The notes beneath the pieces were generated by a model. It searched no databases. It had not been told where the DNA came from and saw only the letters and a list, made by a program, of their open reading frames with translations. DNA of 62,913 nucleotides, counting the filler, from Reclinomonas americana ATCC 50394 (Eukaryota): NCBI GenBank assembly GCA_048213135.1. It is 9 parts of 9 records of this genome, joined end to end, with 100 filler letters (N's around TTAATTAATTAA, not from the genome) between each part and the next. Parts side by side here need not be neighbours in the genome. Positions count along the whole stretch, not along the records: positions 11,041 to 37,744 come from AFZH01017736.1; 8 more parts are not named here. One strand, written 5' to 3'. Position numbers and translations under genes: made by a program. Shown here in pieces: positions 14,814 through 27,400 of this stretch; position 1 is the stretch's first letter, and each line of letters opens with the position of its first letter.

Positions 14814-16643
14814 TCTCTCTCTCTCTCTCTCTCTCTCACGCACGCATAGACACACACTCACACACTCTCAAACACTTCCTTGCACCCACCTCTGGCGGAA
14901 AGTTGGCATTCAACAACTCCTCCTTTGATTGCCGCTGTGTGCGCACGAAACCAGCCGTGTCCACGAGTCGCATGCAACACAGTGGTCTTGGTCGTCGTAC
15001 ACCTGGGCGATCGCACTCAGCACACCATAGCGAGGGGGACGAGAGATCTGCTGGCAAACCATCGGCAACGGGATACAGATTCAACACGAGCACCGCATGC
15101 GACAGCGAATCCTGTTGCTGTCGCCCACCGACCGTCCTCCTCCTCAATCCACGCTCAATCACCGCATGGCACTCGCCGGCCGTCGGCGGAGTCGCTTCGA
15201 CGGCACCCTTTAATACCGTGCCGTGACGCGACTCCTCGATACGCACCACCTGTGTGACACCACAACAAGAATGAGAGAATGCAATGAATCTTCTTCCACA
15301 AGGCACCGCACCGTTCCACGCTTGGGATCGGCCAGCAGATCGACCACCGTGTCGTTGCGAATCTCCACAAAATTGACCACCACCTGCACGGCTAACCGTC
15401 GCGCCTCAATCAATGCGTACACATCCTCCACGGTGCGCTGCACGACGCCTCGCATGTCCGGTCGCAGCAGCATGCCCATCAGCTGACTCTTTCCGGTGCA
15501 TTTCTGCCCATAGGCAAACACACACACATTGTTGCCGTTCAGGAACGGATCCACCAGCGGCGACACGGCGGCCTCGTACGCGAGACTGCCATTGTCCTCG
15601 GGCGAGAACACATTGCTGAAGCGCAAATGCTGCTCCACACAGTCGGGAAATCTCGCATGCAGCGTGCAACTCGACGACTGCTGCACCGTGGGCGACGTAT
15701 CACCGCTACCACTGGCATCCTCAGCACCAAGGTGCCGAATGCACACCGCCACCTGCAACGCAGCCGCACTCCGATCCAGCAACTCGCCCGCTGCGCCCTC
15801 GCTCACCGCGAACTCGTCCAGCTCGTCTCCGCGTGGTGTGGCGGTGCCCGATCGCTAGGAAGCGAAGGGAGGGCGAATGAGTGAGGCAATGGAGAGGGAG
15901 GAGGAGGAGGAGGAGGAGGAGGAGGAGGAGGAGATGAAGGAGAAGAAGAAGGAGAACAAGAACAAGAAGAACAAGAAGAAGAACAAGAACAAGAAGGAGA
16001 AGAAGAAGAACAAGAACAAAAACAAGAAGGAGAAAAAGAACAAGAACAAGAGCAAGAAGAAGAAAAGAAAATGTACAAAGAACAAGAAGAAGAACAAGAA
16101 GAAAGAAGAAGAAGAAGGAGAGGAGAAGAAGAAGAACAAGAGCAAGAAGAAGAAAGAAGTCGCTGAGGAGGCCAAGGAGAAGAAGAGGAAGATCAAGATC
16201 AAGAAGACGAAGCCAAAGAAGCAGAACAAGGATGAAGGAAAGAAGGAGAGGAGAATGAAGGAGGAGTGCGGATCAAGAGAAGCAGGCACTGAGCATCAAG
16301 GAGAGAGACGCACCGGTCGTGTCCGCGGAGACACCATTGTTGACGACGAAGCCGACGATGCCGGTGCCTTGGCTGAAGATGCCGGCGCCTTGGCCACCGA
16401 TCGCGACACAGGACTACGCCCAGCCGCCGCCGCAGTCGCAGTACTCGGTCTCGCACCTCCACCTCGCACAGTCGTCGTCGCAGCAGCAGCAGCACGCGCA
16501 GTGGCCGGTCTCCCTCCCACCAGCGACGAGCGACCACCTCGTGGAGTTGTCTCTGTCGAGGTGGCCGTGGAAGACGACGATGACGTGGCCTTGGTCGCCT
16601 CGGCATTCCACTTGGGCAACAGCTGACTCTTGTACGACGCCAT
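9488..16643 (-). CDS. Kinesin-like protein with a degenerate motor domain and a long coiled-coil tail
   Basis: Motor motifs: F.NVF, NVCVFAYGQKCTGKS, NFVEIRNDTVVDLL, SHAVL, LVDTAG, VNQDVSALGRVITAL, HVPYRDSKLTRLL, TLMIACV. Many coiled-coil exons follow, ending at TAA 9488-9490. The gene spans the gap at 10941-11040, so the single-gene model is inferred. Confidence 0.8.
15895..16260. repeat. Intronic GAG/AAG/AAC microsatellite tract
   Basis: Low-complexity purine-rich run inside the first kinesin intron. Confidence 0.85.
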
Positions 16644-17025
16644 CCCTGCCTGCCTCTGCGTGTGTGCGTTCTCTCACACACTTCGGAGACGCGGAATATC
16701 AAGAGAGGAAAGTCAGTGGCGATTCGCAATCACATGAAACAAGAAGAGAACACATAGTTGTGCAAACAGAGTAAGACACGCACGCGAGTGCACAGACAAG
16801 GACTGTGAGAAGAGTGTGCGCGTTGTCATGGTACAATGGCGCGCTCTTGCGGGCCCGCTTCTCACTCTCACTCTCTCACACACACGCGCACTCACTGCGC
16901 CTCGCCACAGCGCACATACATAGAGCAAGAGATGCGACTCACCCCACACACAATGCGCACAATCACAGTTGCGTTCACCACTCCAATCCAATCAACCAGC
17001 AATCCTGTATCTCATCATCTTGACA

Positions 17026-18520
17026 ATGGAGACCGCGTCGCTCATGCCGCCTCCGCCCGCGCTTCCTCCCGTGCGATTCACACGCATCGAGATCGACGGG
17101 ATGATCAGCGCAAGCGAGTCGGGATTCTCATCTTCCGCTGATTGCTCAGAAGACGAAGAAGAAGAAGACGACGCGCCTGCCTCACTGTCATCAGTGACGA
17201 CAACTGCCGTGACAAGAGCAAGTGGAGATGACGCTGACAGGTGAGCAAGGAAGAGGTCTTTTGTGCGCCATGTGCACATTCACATCATCCACTTTTTCTC
17301 TCTTTGTGTAGAACGTGTGCCATTTGTCAGCGGAGGTTCACGAAACCCGCGCGTCTTCAGCGTCACATGCTGGTGCACACGGGCGAGCGACCACACGCGT
17401 GTCCTCATGAGGGATGTGAGAAGAGATTCCGGCGATTGCATCACGTGCAGAGGCATGTTCGATCGGCGCACACGGGCGAGCGACCGTACGCGTGCACTGT
17501 GGAGGCGTGTGTGTCGCGTTTTGCACATGCGCATCATTTGCGGCGACACATGCAACAGGTGCATGGTGTGAAGAAGGAGGAGGACGACACGCAGCGGGAC
17601 AAGTCGGTGATTGGCGAGGTGTGCGATGATCGGCTGCAGTGCGACGAGTGTGGGCGACAGTTTGCCAAGAAGAAGGATCTGCGAGTGCATCAGCGCGATG
17701 AGCATTTGCGCAATGAGTGTGGAGTGTGTCATCGGCGATTTGCGACGCCGTCCAAGCTGCGACGGCATGCGGAGATTCATGATGCGACGTTGTTGCGGCA
17801 CTTTTGCACGCAGTGTGGCGAGGGATTCCATGCGTATCGCCAGCTGCAGGCGCACACGCGGGAGGCGCATGGAGCGAGGCAGCCGCGGCCGCGAAAGCGA
17901 ACTGCCGAGGAAATGGGAGACGAGGACGAGGAGGGAGAGCGGGAGCTTCTCGCTGGCGTGATGGTGGTGGATAGTCAGCGTGTGGCATGCCCCTATCCAG
18001 GTGAGGCTGTTGGAGCATGAGGATGAGGAGAGCGACGCGGCGTGTTGACCAACAGCAATGCTGCATTGCAGGGTGCGACAAGACGTACAGCAAGCAGAGC
18101 AACCTCAACGCGCACATTCGCGCCAATCACCTGGCGGAGAGGCCACACACGTGCTCCGTGTGCCAGACGGCCTTTGCGCACAAGCACCTGCTGGCGCGTC
18201 ACATGCGAACTCATCGCGAGGCACCAGCAGCAGCAGCAGCAGCTCCGCCACTGTCGATCGACATGTCGGTGGTGATGGCGGCCTCGCGCAGCACCGCAGC
18301 CACTGACGCAGTCGCCATGCCACCACCTCCACTGCTGCTGCCGGTGGCAGTCGAGTCGCCAGCCACCAAACGTCGACGCACGTCGGCAGCTGCGATCATG
18401 TCGCCAATCTCTCCGCTGCCGCCGAGCATGGCCTTCGACATGGAGGTGTTTGCCAATGCGCGGGCGCGGATGGATGAGGCTCTTGTGCAGCAGCTGTTGC
18501 CGAGGTCCACGACTACATGA
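17026..18520 (+). CDS. GTF3A: C2H2 zinc-finger protein, TFIIIA-like (8 fingers)
   Basis: Three exons encode eight C2H2 fingers with TGERP linkers. Finger signatures resemble TFIIIA: F..PARL..H, F..PSKLRRH, YSKQSNLNAHIRANH, FAHKHLLARH. The orthology call is less certain than the C2H2 call. Confidence 0.7.
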
Positions 18521-18582
18521 ACTTCACATGTCCTAGTTTCATGATTTCTTCTTCTTCTTCGCGCTGTGAGAGCAAAGACAGT

Positions 18583-19929
18583 ATGAGTGGCGGTCGCGAT
18601 CCTTACAGCTGTGCACGAGAGGCCAGTGAGGACGATCATCATCACCATCATCATCACGGGGACGCAGGGCATGTTTGTGATGGAACTTGTGACCACGACC
18701 ACGGTGATGGTGAGCGCGGTTTACACAACGCACAGAGGCAGAGAGTGCGTGTGTGTGTGTGCGTGTACATGAGAGACTTCAGCTTTCTCGCGCATGTGAG
18801 CATTGCTCGGAATGAGTTGTCTCAAGATCAAATGTGCTTGTCGATGATAATAGCTGGAGAAGGTCAGGAAGACACACTGTTCAGTGTGATGGACTTGGAT
18901 CGCATTCGAGCGATGAATGTGCAGGATGATGAGGATGGAGCGCGACGTGTCTTCAAGCCGTGGTACAAGAGGAGAGATCGCACGGAGGTAGGGAATGGAT
19001 CTTCGACTTGTCTCCCTTCTCCTCCTCCTCCCCTGCTCCTTCCTCCTCGTGTTCTCTTCCTTCTCTGTTGGTATCGTCTTCCTTTTTCCCCTTCTCCTGA
19101 ATCTCGTCTTCTCCTTATGCTACTTCCTCTCCTCTCCTCGTCCTCCGCATGCACTTCGTCTTGCTTGTCATCATCATCTCCTTCTTCTTCTTCGTTGTCA
19201 TCATCTTCCTCTCCTCTCCTCTCCTCTTTCCTCTCCTCTTTCCTCTCCTCACCTCTCCTTTTCCTCTCCTTCCTTCTTCGTTATCATCATCTTCCTCTCC
19301 TCTCCTCTCCTCTTTCCTCTCCTCTCCTCTCCTCTCCTCTCCTCTCCTCTCCTCTCCCCTTCACCCTTTCCCATATATCCCCCTTAATCCCCTTTCCCCT
19401 AATCCCTTTGTTTCAGTTCATGGAGAGCGACGCCGACGACGAGATGTTGATTGTGGTGCCCTTCACCTCCGCCGTCAAGCTCAAGAAGATCGTGATCCTG
19501 GCCGACGACGGCGGCGCCTCCCCCGACAAGGTCAAGCTGTTTGTCAATCGCGAAGGCATTGATTTTGACGATGCGCAAGCCCTGGAGCCGGCGCAGACCA
19601 TTGAGCTGGCGCGCACTGACGGCCACTCGCCGGCGGTGGAGATCGAGTATCCGACACGCATTCAGAACTTCCAGACGGTGCACAACTTGACCATGTTCTT
19701 CCAGGGCACGGCCGGCGGTGTGGAGCAGTCGCGCATCTTCTACATTGGCTTCAAGGGCGAGAATACGCAAGTTGCGGCATCTCGTCATAGTCGCCTTTGT
19801 CGTCATTATTCACTGACCATGTGGAAACAGCTGAAGCGCGGCGTGGTGGAGGCCGTGTACGAGGCGCGGGCGCAGTTGTCGGACCACAAAGTGCGTGGTG
19901 AATCGTCCGGCAGCCGCACAGTCAACTAG
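18583..19929 (+). CDS. PITHD1: PITH domain-containing protein 1
   Basis: His/Cys-rich N-terminus followed by VFKPW..R, MESDADDEMLIVVPFTSAVKLK, VKLFVNREGIDFDD, EYPTR, SRIFYIGFKGE and VYEARAQLSDHK. Confidence 0.9.
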   Translation: MSGGRDPYSCAREASEDDHHHHHHHGDAGHVCDGTCDHDHGDGERGLHNAQRQRVRVCVCVYMRDFSFLAHVSIARNELSQDQMCLSMIIAGEGQEDTLFSVMDLDRIRAMNVQDDEDGARRVFKPWYKRRDRTEVGNGSSTCLPSPPPPLLLPPRVLFLLCWYRLPFSPSPESRLLLMLLPLLSSSSACTSSCLSSSSPSSSSLSSSSSPLLSSFLSSFLSSPLLFLSFLLRYHHLPLLSSPLSSPLLSSPLLSSPLPFTLSHISPLIPFPLIPLFQFMESDADDEMLIVVPFTSAVKLKKIVILADDGGASPDKVKLFVNREGIDFDDAQALEPAQTIELARTDGHSPAVEIEYPTRIQNFQTVHNLTMFFQGTAGGVEQSRIFYIGFKGENTQVAASRHSRLCRHYSLTMWKQLKRGVVEAVYEARAQLSDHKVRGESSGSRTVN

Positions 19930-20033
19930 ATCACCAGAGAAAGCAGCGAGTAAAAAAGCAAGAGGATTTGCGCATGTAATTTGTAGATTGATTGTCTCTC
20001 CTGCAAAGAAGAGAGAACACACTCCCATACCCC

Positions 20034-21291
20034 TCAGCGTTTTGAGGACATCATCTTCCAGTCGCCCGACATATGCACCGTGTTGCGCACAAGCATGACA
20101 AAGGCGTTGACGTCGACCAGACGCATCAGCAGGCGCATAAAGAACGTGAACACGCCAGTGTCGAGCCAGGTCATGTGCGACACGCTGCGCAGCACCACAT
20201 CGGCGACCTCGTCGGGCGTGTTGGCCATGGCCACTGTCGCGGAAAGAAAAGGTCAAACAAAGCCGATCGCCAACAATCAATGTGCACGGTGTGTGCGTGT
20301 ATGTGTGGAGACGCAACAGAACGGCTTGAAGGAGCCGAGCTGCGGCACACTGCCGCTGACGTTGCTGGTGTAGAAATTGGTGGCCATCGGACCCGGCTGG
20401 ACGCTCATCACATCGATGCCATACGGTGCCGCCTCGGTGGCCAGCGAAGCCGCAAAGGCTGAGATGAGGGCCTTGCCCGACGAGTACATGCTCTGCGCGG
20501 GCGCCGGGAACAGCGCACCCGCCGACGACGTGAACACGAACGCGCCTCGCAGCTTCTTCTCGACCAGGCGCGAGTAGAAGACGTGCGTGAGGCGAATGCC
20601 GGCCACCACATTGCACTCGAGGTTCGCCAAGTGCCTCTCCAGCGAGTGATTGGCAAACGTGCCAATCAGCACGTAGCCGGCGTTGTTGAACACGACTTGC
20701 ACATCAATGTCCGCCGTCGCCTCGGCCACGACCTTGTCGTACTCACCGCGGCACAGATCAACGCCCACTGTGCGGAACTCCTGCTGCGGGAACTCATCGC
20801 GCAGGGCGGTCGCGGTGTTGTGCAGCAGCGGATCGTCAAGTGCCACCAGTACCACATTGAGGCCTTGCTGGGCGACTCCGCGAGCAAGTGCGGCGCCCAC
20901 GCCGGAGCTGGCTCCGGTGACCAGTGCCCACTTGGCACCGTAGCGGCGACGCAGGTCGGTGCGCGTGAACACAAAGTGCGCGGCGAACTCCATCACGAGG
21001 TAATAAGTGGCCGTCCACAGAAAGATGGCACCGATCCACTGGGCGACCAGTGAGGCCATGGATGCATCGTGATGGTGATGGTGATGGTGAGCGTGCTCAT
21101 CAGCGTGTGAGTGACCGCGGGTGGTGCACCATGCAGAGCAGGCTGCAATGCGTGTGTGTGAGAAGTGGTGGGGAAATGTCGTGCACGCAAAGAGAAGCGA
21201 CGCAACTGGCAGCCCAGGCGAGGTAGCCGACAAAGCTGACAATCGCCACAGAGGTTGGGAAGCGGAAGGACCACTTGCTGAGGAAGGCCAT
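20034..21291 (-). CDS. Short-chain dehydrogenase/reductase (17-beta-HSD / 3-ketoacyl-CoA reductase-like)
   Basis: RRYGAKWALVTGASSGVG, GLNVVLVA, FNNAG, FTSS and the catalytic YSSGK. N-terminal hydrophobic segments flank a His tract. Three exons. Confidence 0.9.
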
Positions 21292-21440
21292 TGCGGACGG
21301 AGAGATAAGAGAGGGTGAGAACTTTTCGCAGGACGGTCACTGCCTCTCTGCGACGTCGACATGGTATTGGCGTGTTGCTTGCAAAAACAAACTCCTTTTC
21401 CTTTACAACTATATTATCTACAACACACTGTGAAAAAATA

Positions 21441-24400
21441 TTACAAGGCGACGCGGCCGCCGAGCATGGCCACGCGAGAAAGCATTTTTCGCGGGTCTCC
21501 GCCAGCGCCACCACCGATGGCGACAACGCCACCTGAGCGCCGTCTGGCTCGCAGAATGTCGCTGCCGGCTGCGTCGCTGAGCGGGATTGAGGATTTCCGG
21601 TACGGCACCGATGTCGGTGGCGAGTCGGCGACGACCTCGCGCAACACGTAGACGGCAGGCGGGCGTGTGGACTCGTCGTCTTCCTCATCATCGTCTTCCT
21701 CCTCCCCCTCGCCGTGGTCTACGCTGTGCAAGCTGGTGTGATCGATGCGGTGCTCGGTCGGCGTGACGTCGTCGTCGAGAACGTCGCCATGGGCCGACAC
21801 CACCGACATGCGGCGTGCACTGCGGTGGCTGCCACCGCTCGTGTCGCGGTCCATGGACAGGTCGAGGGCGCGCATGCCAAGCGTGTCGTGCATCACCATC
21901 ATCGCCGAGGAGTCGTCGGGTGGTGACAAGTGGCCGGTGGGAGGCATGACCGGTGGCACGCGGCCGCTGTTGGAGTGTGCCAGCGATGATGTTCCGACGC
22001 CGACACCAACGCCGCTGCTTCCAGGCGTGCCATTCGTTGGCATGGCTCCAGCAGCCGCCACCACGGCGGCCATGGTCGCAGCGTCCAAAGTTTTCGACAC
22101 ACGACGACGGCGACTTGGCGACAACTCAAAGTCGTCGACCATGGCGCGCAGCGAGTGGCTGGCTTTCGGCGAGGCGCGATAGTCGCGTGCACGCAGTGAC
22201 GACGGCGACTGCGGGCTGTGCTCAATGGAGCCCATGGAGCCGAGACTGTGAATTCCCGACGAGCCATTCAGCTGCGCCGGTGGCGATGTGAACAGCGCCG
22301 CGCGCACAGTGGCCGGCACACCAATCTCCAGCGGTGGCGGAGGTGCGCGTCGGATGCTGCCCACTCGCTGATGCTGCTTCTGCGGCGTGAACGCGTCAAA
22401 CTGTGGCTGTGGAAGATGTCGCTCGCCACCTCCACGACCGCGTTCCCTCGTCGCCCTCCACTCGTGACTGCCAACACGTGCCGGAGCATACGAGTCTGGG
22501 TGTGGTGCCGGCTGATCACTGGCGGCGGCGCCTGCTTCCGGACTCATCAGCAGCACGTTGCCGTTGCCGTTACTGTCGCCCCCACCACCCACTGCCGCCG
22601 GCGTCTCCGTTTGTTGCGACTGTCGCCGCAAGAGGACGCGGCGACTCTTGATGGCCACCACACGGCTGGCATTGGGCAACGAGGGGCGTGAGCGCGCCAA
22701 GGCGGCCGCCACCACCGCCGGGTTCACCTCGGACGGCGACAGCACCGGCGAGGCGACCGACATGTGCAGACCGCGCGGTCCCGCAGCCGGCGACAGCACC
22801 GTCCACCGCATGTCCGTGGCCTCGTCGGCGTACTCGACCTCGTCGTACTCTTCGTACTCGGATTCAACCGTCACTGGCGACACATCGTTGACGGGCGAGT
22901 AGGGCGCTCGTGTCGGAATCGGCGAGGCCAGTGGTGGCGGCAACGCCGCGCGACCAGTTGCACCTTCACCATCGTCGTCATCATCGTGGGTCGACGGAGG
23001 CTTGCAGAACAAGAAGCACGTCAGTCGCGCCAGCCACGTTGGTGCAGTGGCACAGCGACACTCGGCCTGTTGTGCCATGTCGGGCGTCGGTGCTGGTGGG
23101 GCTGTTGGCAGTGGCGCTGCTGCAGCAGCAGAAGAAGAGGCGGCAGTCTCCGCACCCTGCCGCGTGACCAGCTCGTATGCACGTGACCTGTCGGCCAGTG
23201 CGCGCTCATGCACTGCCATGTGCTCCTCGGCAGAGCGCCCTCTCCTAGAGTTGCCGGCCACCAGCGCGGCGGAGCGATTCGCCAGCGGCATGCCGTACAC
23301 ACTGGCGCCGTGACCGCCGTGGCTCTTTCGCAGCGGTGACACCAACGGTGGAAGGTCCGCATCGCTGCCACTTGATCCACTCTGCGTGGACGGTCGCCGT
23401 GGCTCTGAACGCACAGCCGGCGCTGGTGGTTGACTTGGCGTGCCGTTCAACGTCGGCTGCGGTGAATAGCCGTCGACGGCGTTGGCCAGCGCAAGCACCG
23501 CCTCGGCGCTGCTGGCCGACGACAGCTCACCAGGCGAGTGACTGTGCGTTGGAGGAAGAATGTGAGGAGATGTGAGCAGGAAAAGTAAACAAGGCAAGGG
23601 CGCACGCACGTCGGGCGTCCAAGCGAGCGACGATTGACGGGTCTCTTGCGTGCAGTGACCTGCAACTTGTCCACGCCGCCACTCTCCTCGTCGTCTGCAA
23701 CGCACAACACGCAATGAGTCTTCATGAAAAGGGACAAGGCTGCACGAGTCGAAGCAAGAGCACGCAACCGAGCATCGAGTAGAGCGCATTGGCCGAGTCG
23801 CATGTGAAACGCGCAAATGTCTCCAGACTGACCGCACCGAGTGGCAGTCGCACATTGCCCTCCTTGTCAAGCCACAAGTGACCGTTCCACGAAAAGGGCA
23901 GCCGGTACTTTTTGTACAGGTCGCATGCCGTGAGGTAGATGCGGCGAATCGTGTCGCGCGGCCGGAATTCAGTTAGACGCGCCGGCGCCTTGAGGGTGCC
24001 AGTCAGCAACAATCGCCGGCAATCCTCGAAGCGTCGTTCTCGGAACGCCGCCAGAGCCTCTTCCAGCTCGTGGTCCTCGCGCATGGGCTCGTCGGGCAAC
24101 CGCTGTGTGGGCGAGAGGTGAGGTGCAAGCAGACACACACTCTCTCACTTCTGTCCGCGTCTCACCAGCTCGTACAGCGACAGCGGCTCGGTTCGTCCAC
24201 TGACAACTACATCGCCGAGGAAACGCTTGGCGTACACGTCGCGATCGGGGACGCGGCTGAGCACGTCGCCAGAGACCAGCACTTGTGTCGAAAAGGCCTT
24301 GGTCAGGCCCTCTAATCTCGACGCCTGCAGCATGTTCTCTTGGTCAGCTCACAATAGCCAAACCTCATCAATGGCCCTTCCTCTCTCCTCCCACTCACCG

Positions 24401-27400
24401 TGTTGACCGTGTCCGCAATCACCGTGCCCTCCATGCGCGCATCGTGACCGATGGTGCCCAACATCACATTGCCGCTGTGGATGCCAATGCCAATGCCGAT
24501 CTTGCCGACACCCAAGGCGGCTCGCTCCTCGTTGAAGACGCTGAGAACGCGCAGCATGCTTTGAGCGGCCAGCAGAGCGTTCTCCTGCTGCCGCGGGAAG
24601 AGAGCCATGATGGCGTCGCCAATGAACTTGTCGATGAAGCCGTTGGCGTCGGAGATGCACGGCGTCACTCGGCGCAGGAACTCGTTGATGAACGCAAAGC
24701 TCTCCTCCGGGGTCATGTTCTGCGACAGCCGCGTGAAGCCACGAATGTCCATGAAGAGCACCTGCCAAAAGTAGAAAATGGTTGAGATTCACAATAAACA
24801 AACCCACCAACACTTCAGAAAAAGCAGGCTCACCGTCATCTCCTTGCTGATGCAGTCGCCCAGGGAGACGTCGGTGACCGACTCCTTGCCGAGCTCACTC
24901 AAGAACTGGCGCGGAAGGAAGCGCTCGTAGGCCGCATTGGTGCGCTTCAGGTCCTCGTACAGCTGCGCATTGTCGACCGAGATGCTCACTTGCGACATGA
25001 TGGCCTGCAGCAGCGGCAGCCGACTCTCCACAAACGCGCCATCCACACGATTGTTCTCCATGTACACAATGACACGCACGCGGCCCTTGTGCACCACGGG
25101 CAAGCAGATGATGGAGCGCGTCTGCATCGCCTGCACACGAGCTGCATCTTGCGAGTACACGGGATCCCGAGTGGCTGCGATCGAAACAACAAGGCTGAGA
25201 TCACGATACGCATAGTCCCCCTAGCACTGCACTCTGTGCACACTCACCATCACGGATAATCACTGGTTTTCTTGCACGCTCGGCGGTTCGCACCACTTGC
25301 GTGCACACCAAGTGCGAGGCGGCCTCGCTGGCCAGCGGCGTGCGTGTGGTGGAAGCAGGGTTGAGAGATTGCTGCGATGAGCGGCGCACGTCGCCGACCG
25401 ACTCAATGTACAGCTCCTGGTCGGCCTTGTCGCGCAGCAGCATCACGCCCCACTCGGCGCCGGTGTTCTCCATGAGGATGCGAATGACCTTGTCGAGCAG
25501 GTGGTCGAGGCGAATTTCCATCGACACGGCCTGCATGGCCTTCATCACACTCGACAGATCCATGCTCGACGAGATGTCTCCGGCCGACACCATCACGCCA
25601 TGCAGCGCAGCATTGCTGGCCGTGGCCGTCAGTGGTGGAGGCATGAGCGATGCCATGGCATCGTCGTCCAGAGGAGCTGCCGACTCGAACACGGTTTCGT
25701 CGCCCGCTGCACCACCACCACCACCACCGTGACTGCCAATGCCCGTGAGGTGACTGGCGGTCGAGCCGTGGCCACCAGTGCCGCTGGCGACACTGACAAT
25801 GCTCTGCCGATGAACAGTGGAGCCAGGCATGTCACCATGGCGTGTGCTAAAGGGGTCGCCGAGCCGGAGAATGTCGAGACCACCCGCCATAGAGTCCTCG
25901 GAGGTGAGCGGCGGTGGTGGGAAGCGCGGGCTCAGTAACAGCCGTCCCTGGCTGTTGGAGTTGTAGGCTGCGGAAATCAGCAGCCCGCTGTCCAGCGGTG
26001 CCAGTGGCAGCTCCCACGGTCCATTGGCCAGCACTGGATCGTGGCGATGGTGAGCACTGCTGAGAATCAACAATGGTGATGGCAGTGACGACATACCTCT
26101 CAAGTTGGGCGCGCTCTTCTTCACTTGCACATGCAGTCGCTGCATCGAATCGGCAGGTGTCAGTGTGCCCACGGCAGTCTCCGATGGCGAAGCACGCGGT
26201 GACGGGAGCGGAGTGGATGAGAACATGTGGCGGTAGTGCGAGCTGATGGATCGCACGCGCACGCCGACGCCCAGGAAGGCATACAGTCGCAGCGCCTGGC
26301 GTGCGTACATTTGCACGAGGTCGGAACCGAAGCCACCGAACTGGCAGTATGCCGTCAATCGCTCGGTGATGAGGGCACGGAACTGAGAAGCGAGCGCGAG
26401 AAGGTGAGTGACACGACAGTAGAAGTCAGTAAGCGTGTTTCTGTGCTCACCAGAGCAAAATTGCCTCGATGGGCGTCGTTGGCCGCCTTCTTGTACAGAC
26501 CGAATGTCTCCACAGTGGCAAAGGAGCGCACCGTCGTCGGCTTGGACACGAGGCTGACACCGACCGAGTCGCCCTCTTGTTGTTGAGCTGCGCCCTCGTC
26601 GTAGGCCCGCCGGCACTCGGTCTCCTGCCTGAACGCTTCCTCGGCGGCAGCATAGTCGACCACGTATCTGACGAAGATGGTGAGACGAAGACGAGAGGCG
26701 AGCGGGGTAAAATAGGCACTCTTGCGCAACTGATAGTTTCCCGGGCTCTGCGCGGCCCACTCGCGAACAGTCTTGAGGCTCGACTCCAGCACGCGGCGTG
26801 CATCGCGCACCTCGGACGCTGTGAACTGGCGGTTGTCGTCACGAGCGGCACGGGACGACTGCCATTGACTCGTTGCCTCCGTAAATGTGGTTTCGCCACC
26901 AGAAAAGTCGCTGCTCTGCGCCTTGAACATCATGCTCGTGCCGAGAGTGGTGGCCGAAGCGAGAACCATGGTGCACACAAACACTTCGAAAACAATGAGG
27001 AAGTGTGCCGCAGGGAAGCCGCCCCAGGCAAACGCCACCTGCCGCCAAATGTGAGGGCGCGTGCATGACGATGTGGATGGGAGTCACCAAAATTACGCAC
27101 CACACGAGCGTCGCGGAGTGAGCGGAAGGCGCCAACGAGATTACCGCACAGGAATTCGGCCACTCCACGCCACAGCGAGTAACTCATGGTGCACATGGGG
27201 ACACCGGTCAGCAGGCCCTCGGGAATGAACGCATCCAGTCGCTGAGCCAGCTGAGTAAATGGTGAAACTGATCCGAGGCCCTGTGTTGTGCGTACAGATG
27301 AGCCGGCGTTCCAGTGGGTCTCGCAGCGAAAGACGCAACGTCTGGCACGAAATCAACGGCCTCGAGTGGCATTTGCAAGTGGCGCACGACCTCGACAAAC

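Noticed and set aside
15877..16626. Lys/Glu-rich 249-aa ORF on the plus strand
   Set aside because: It is the translation of an intronic microsatellite plus the antisense of kinesin exon 1.
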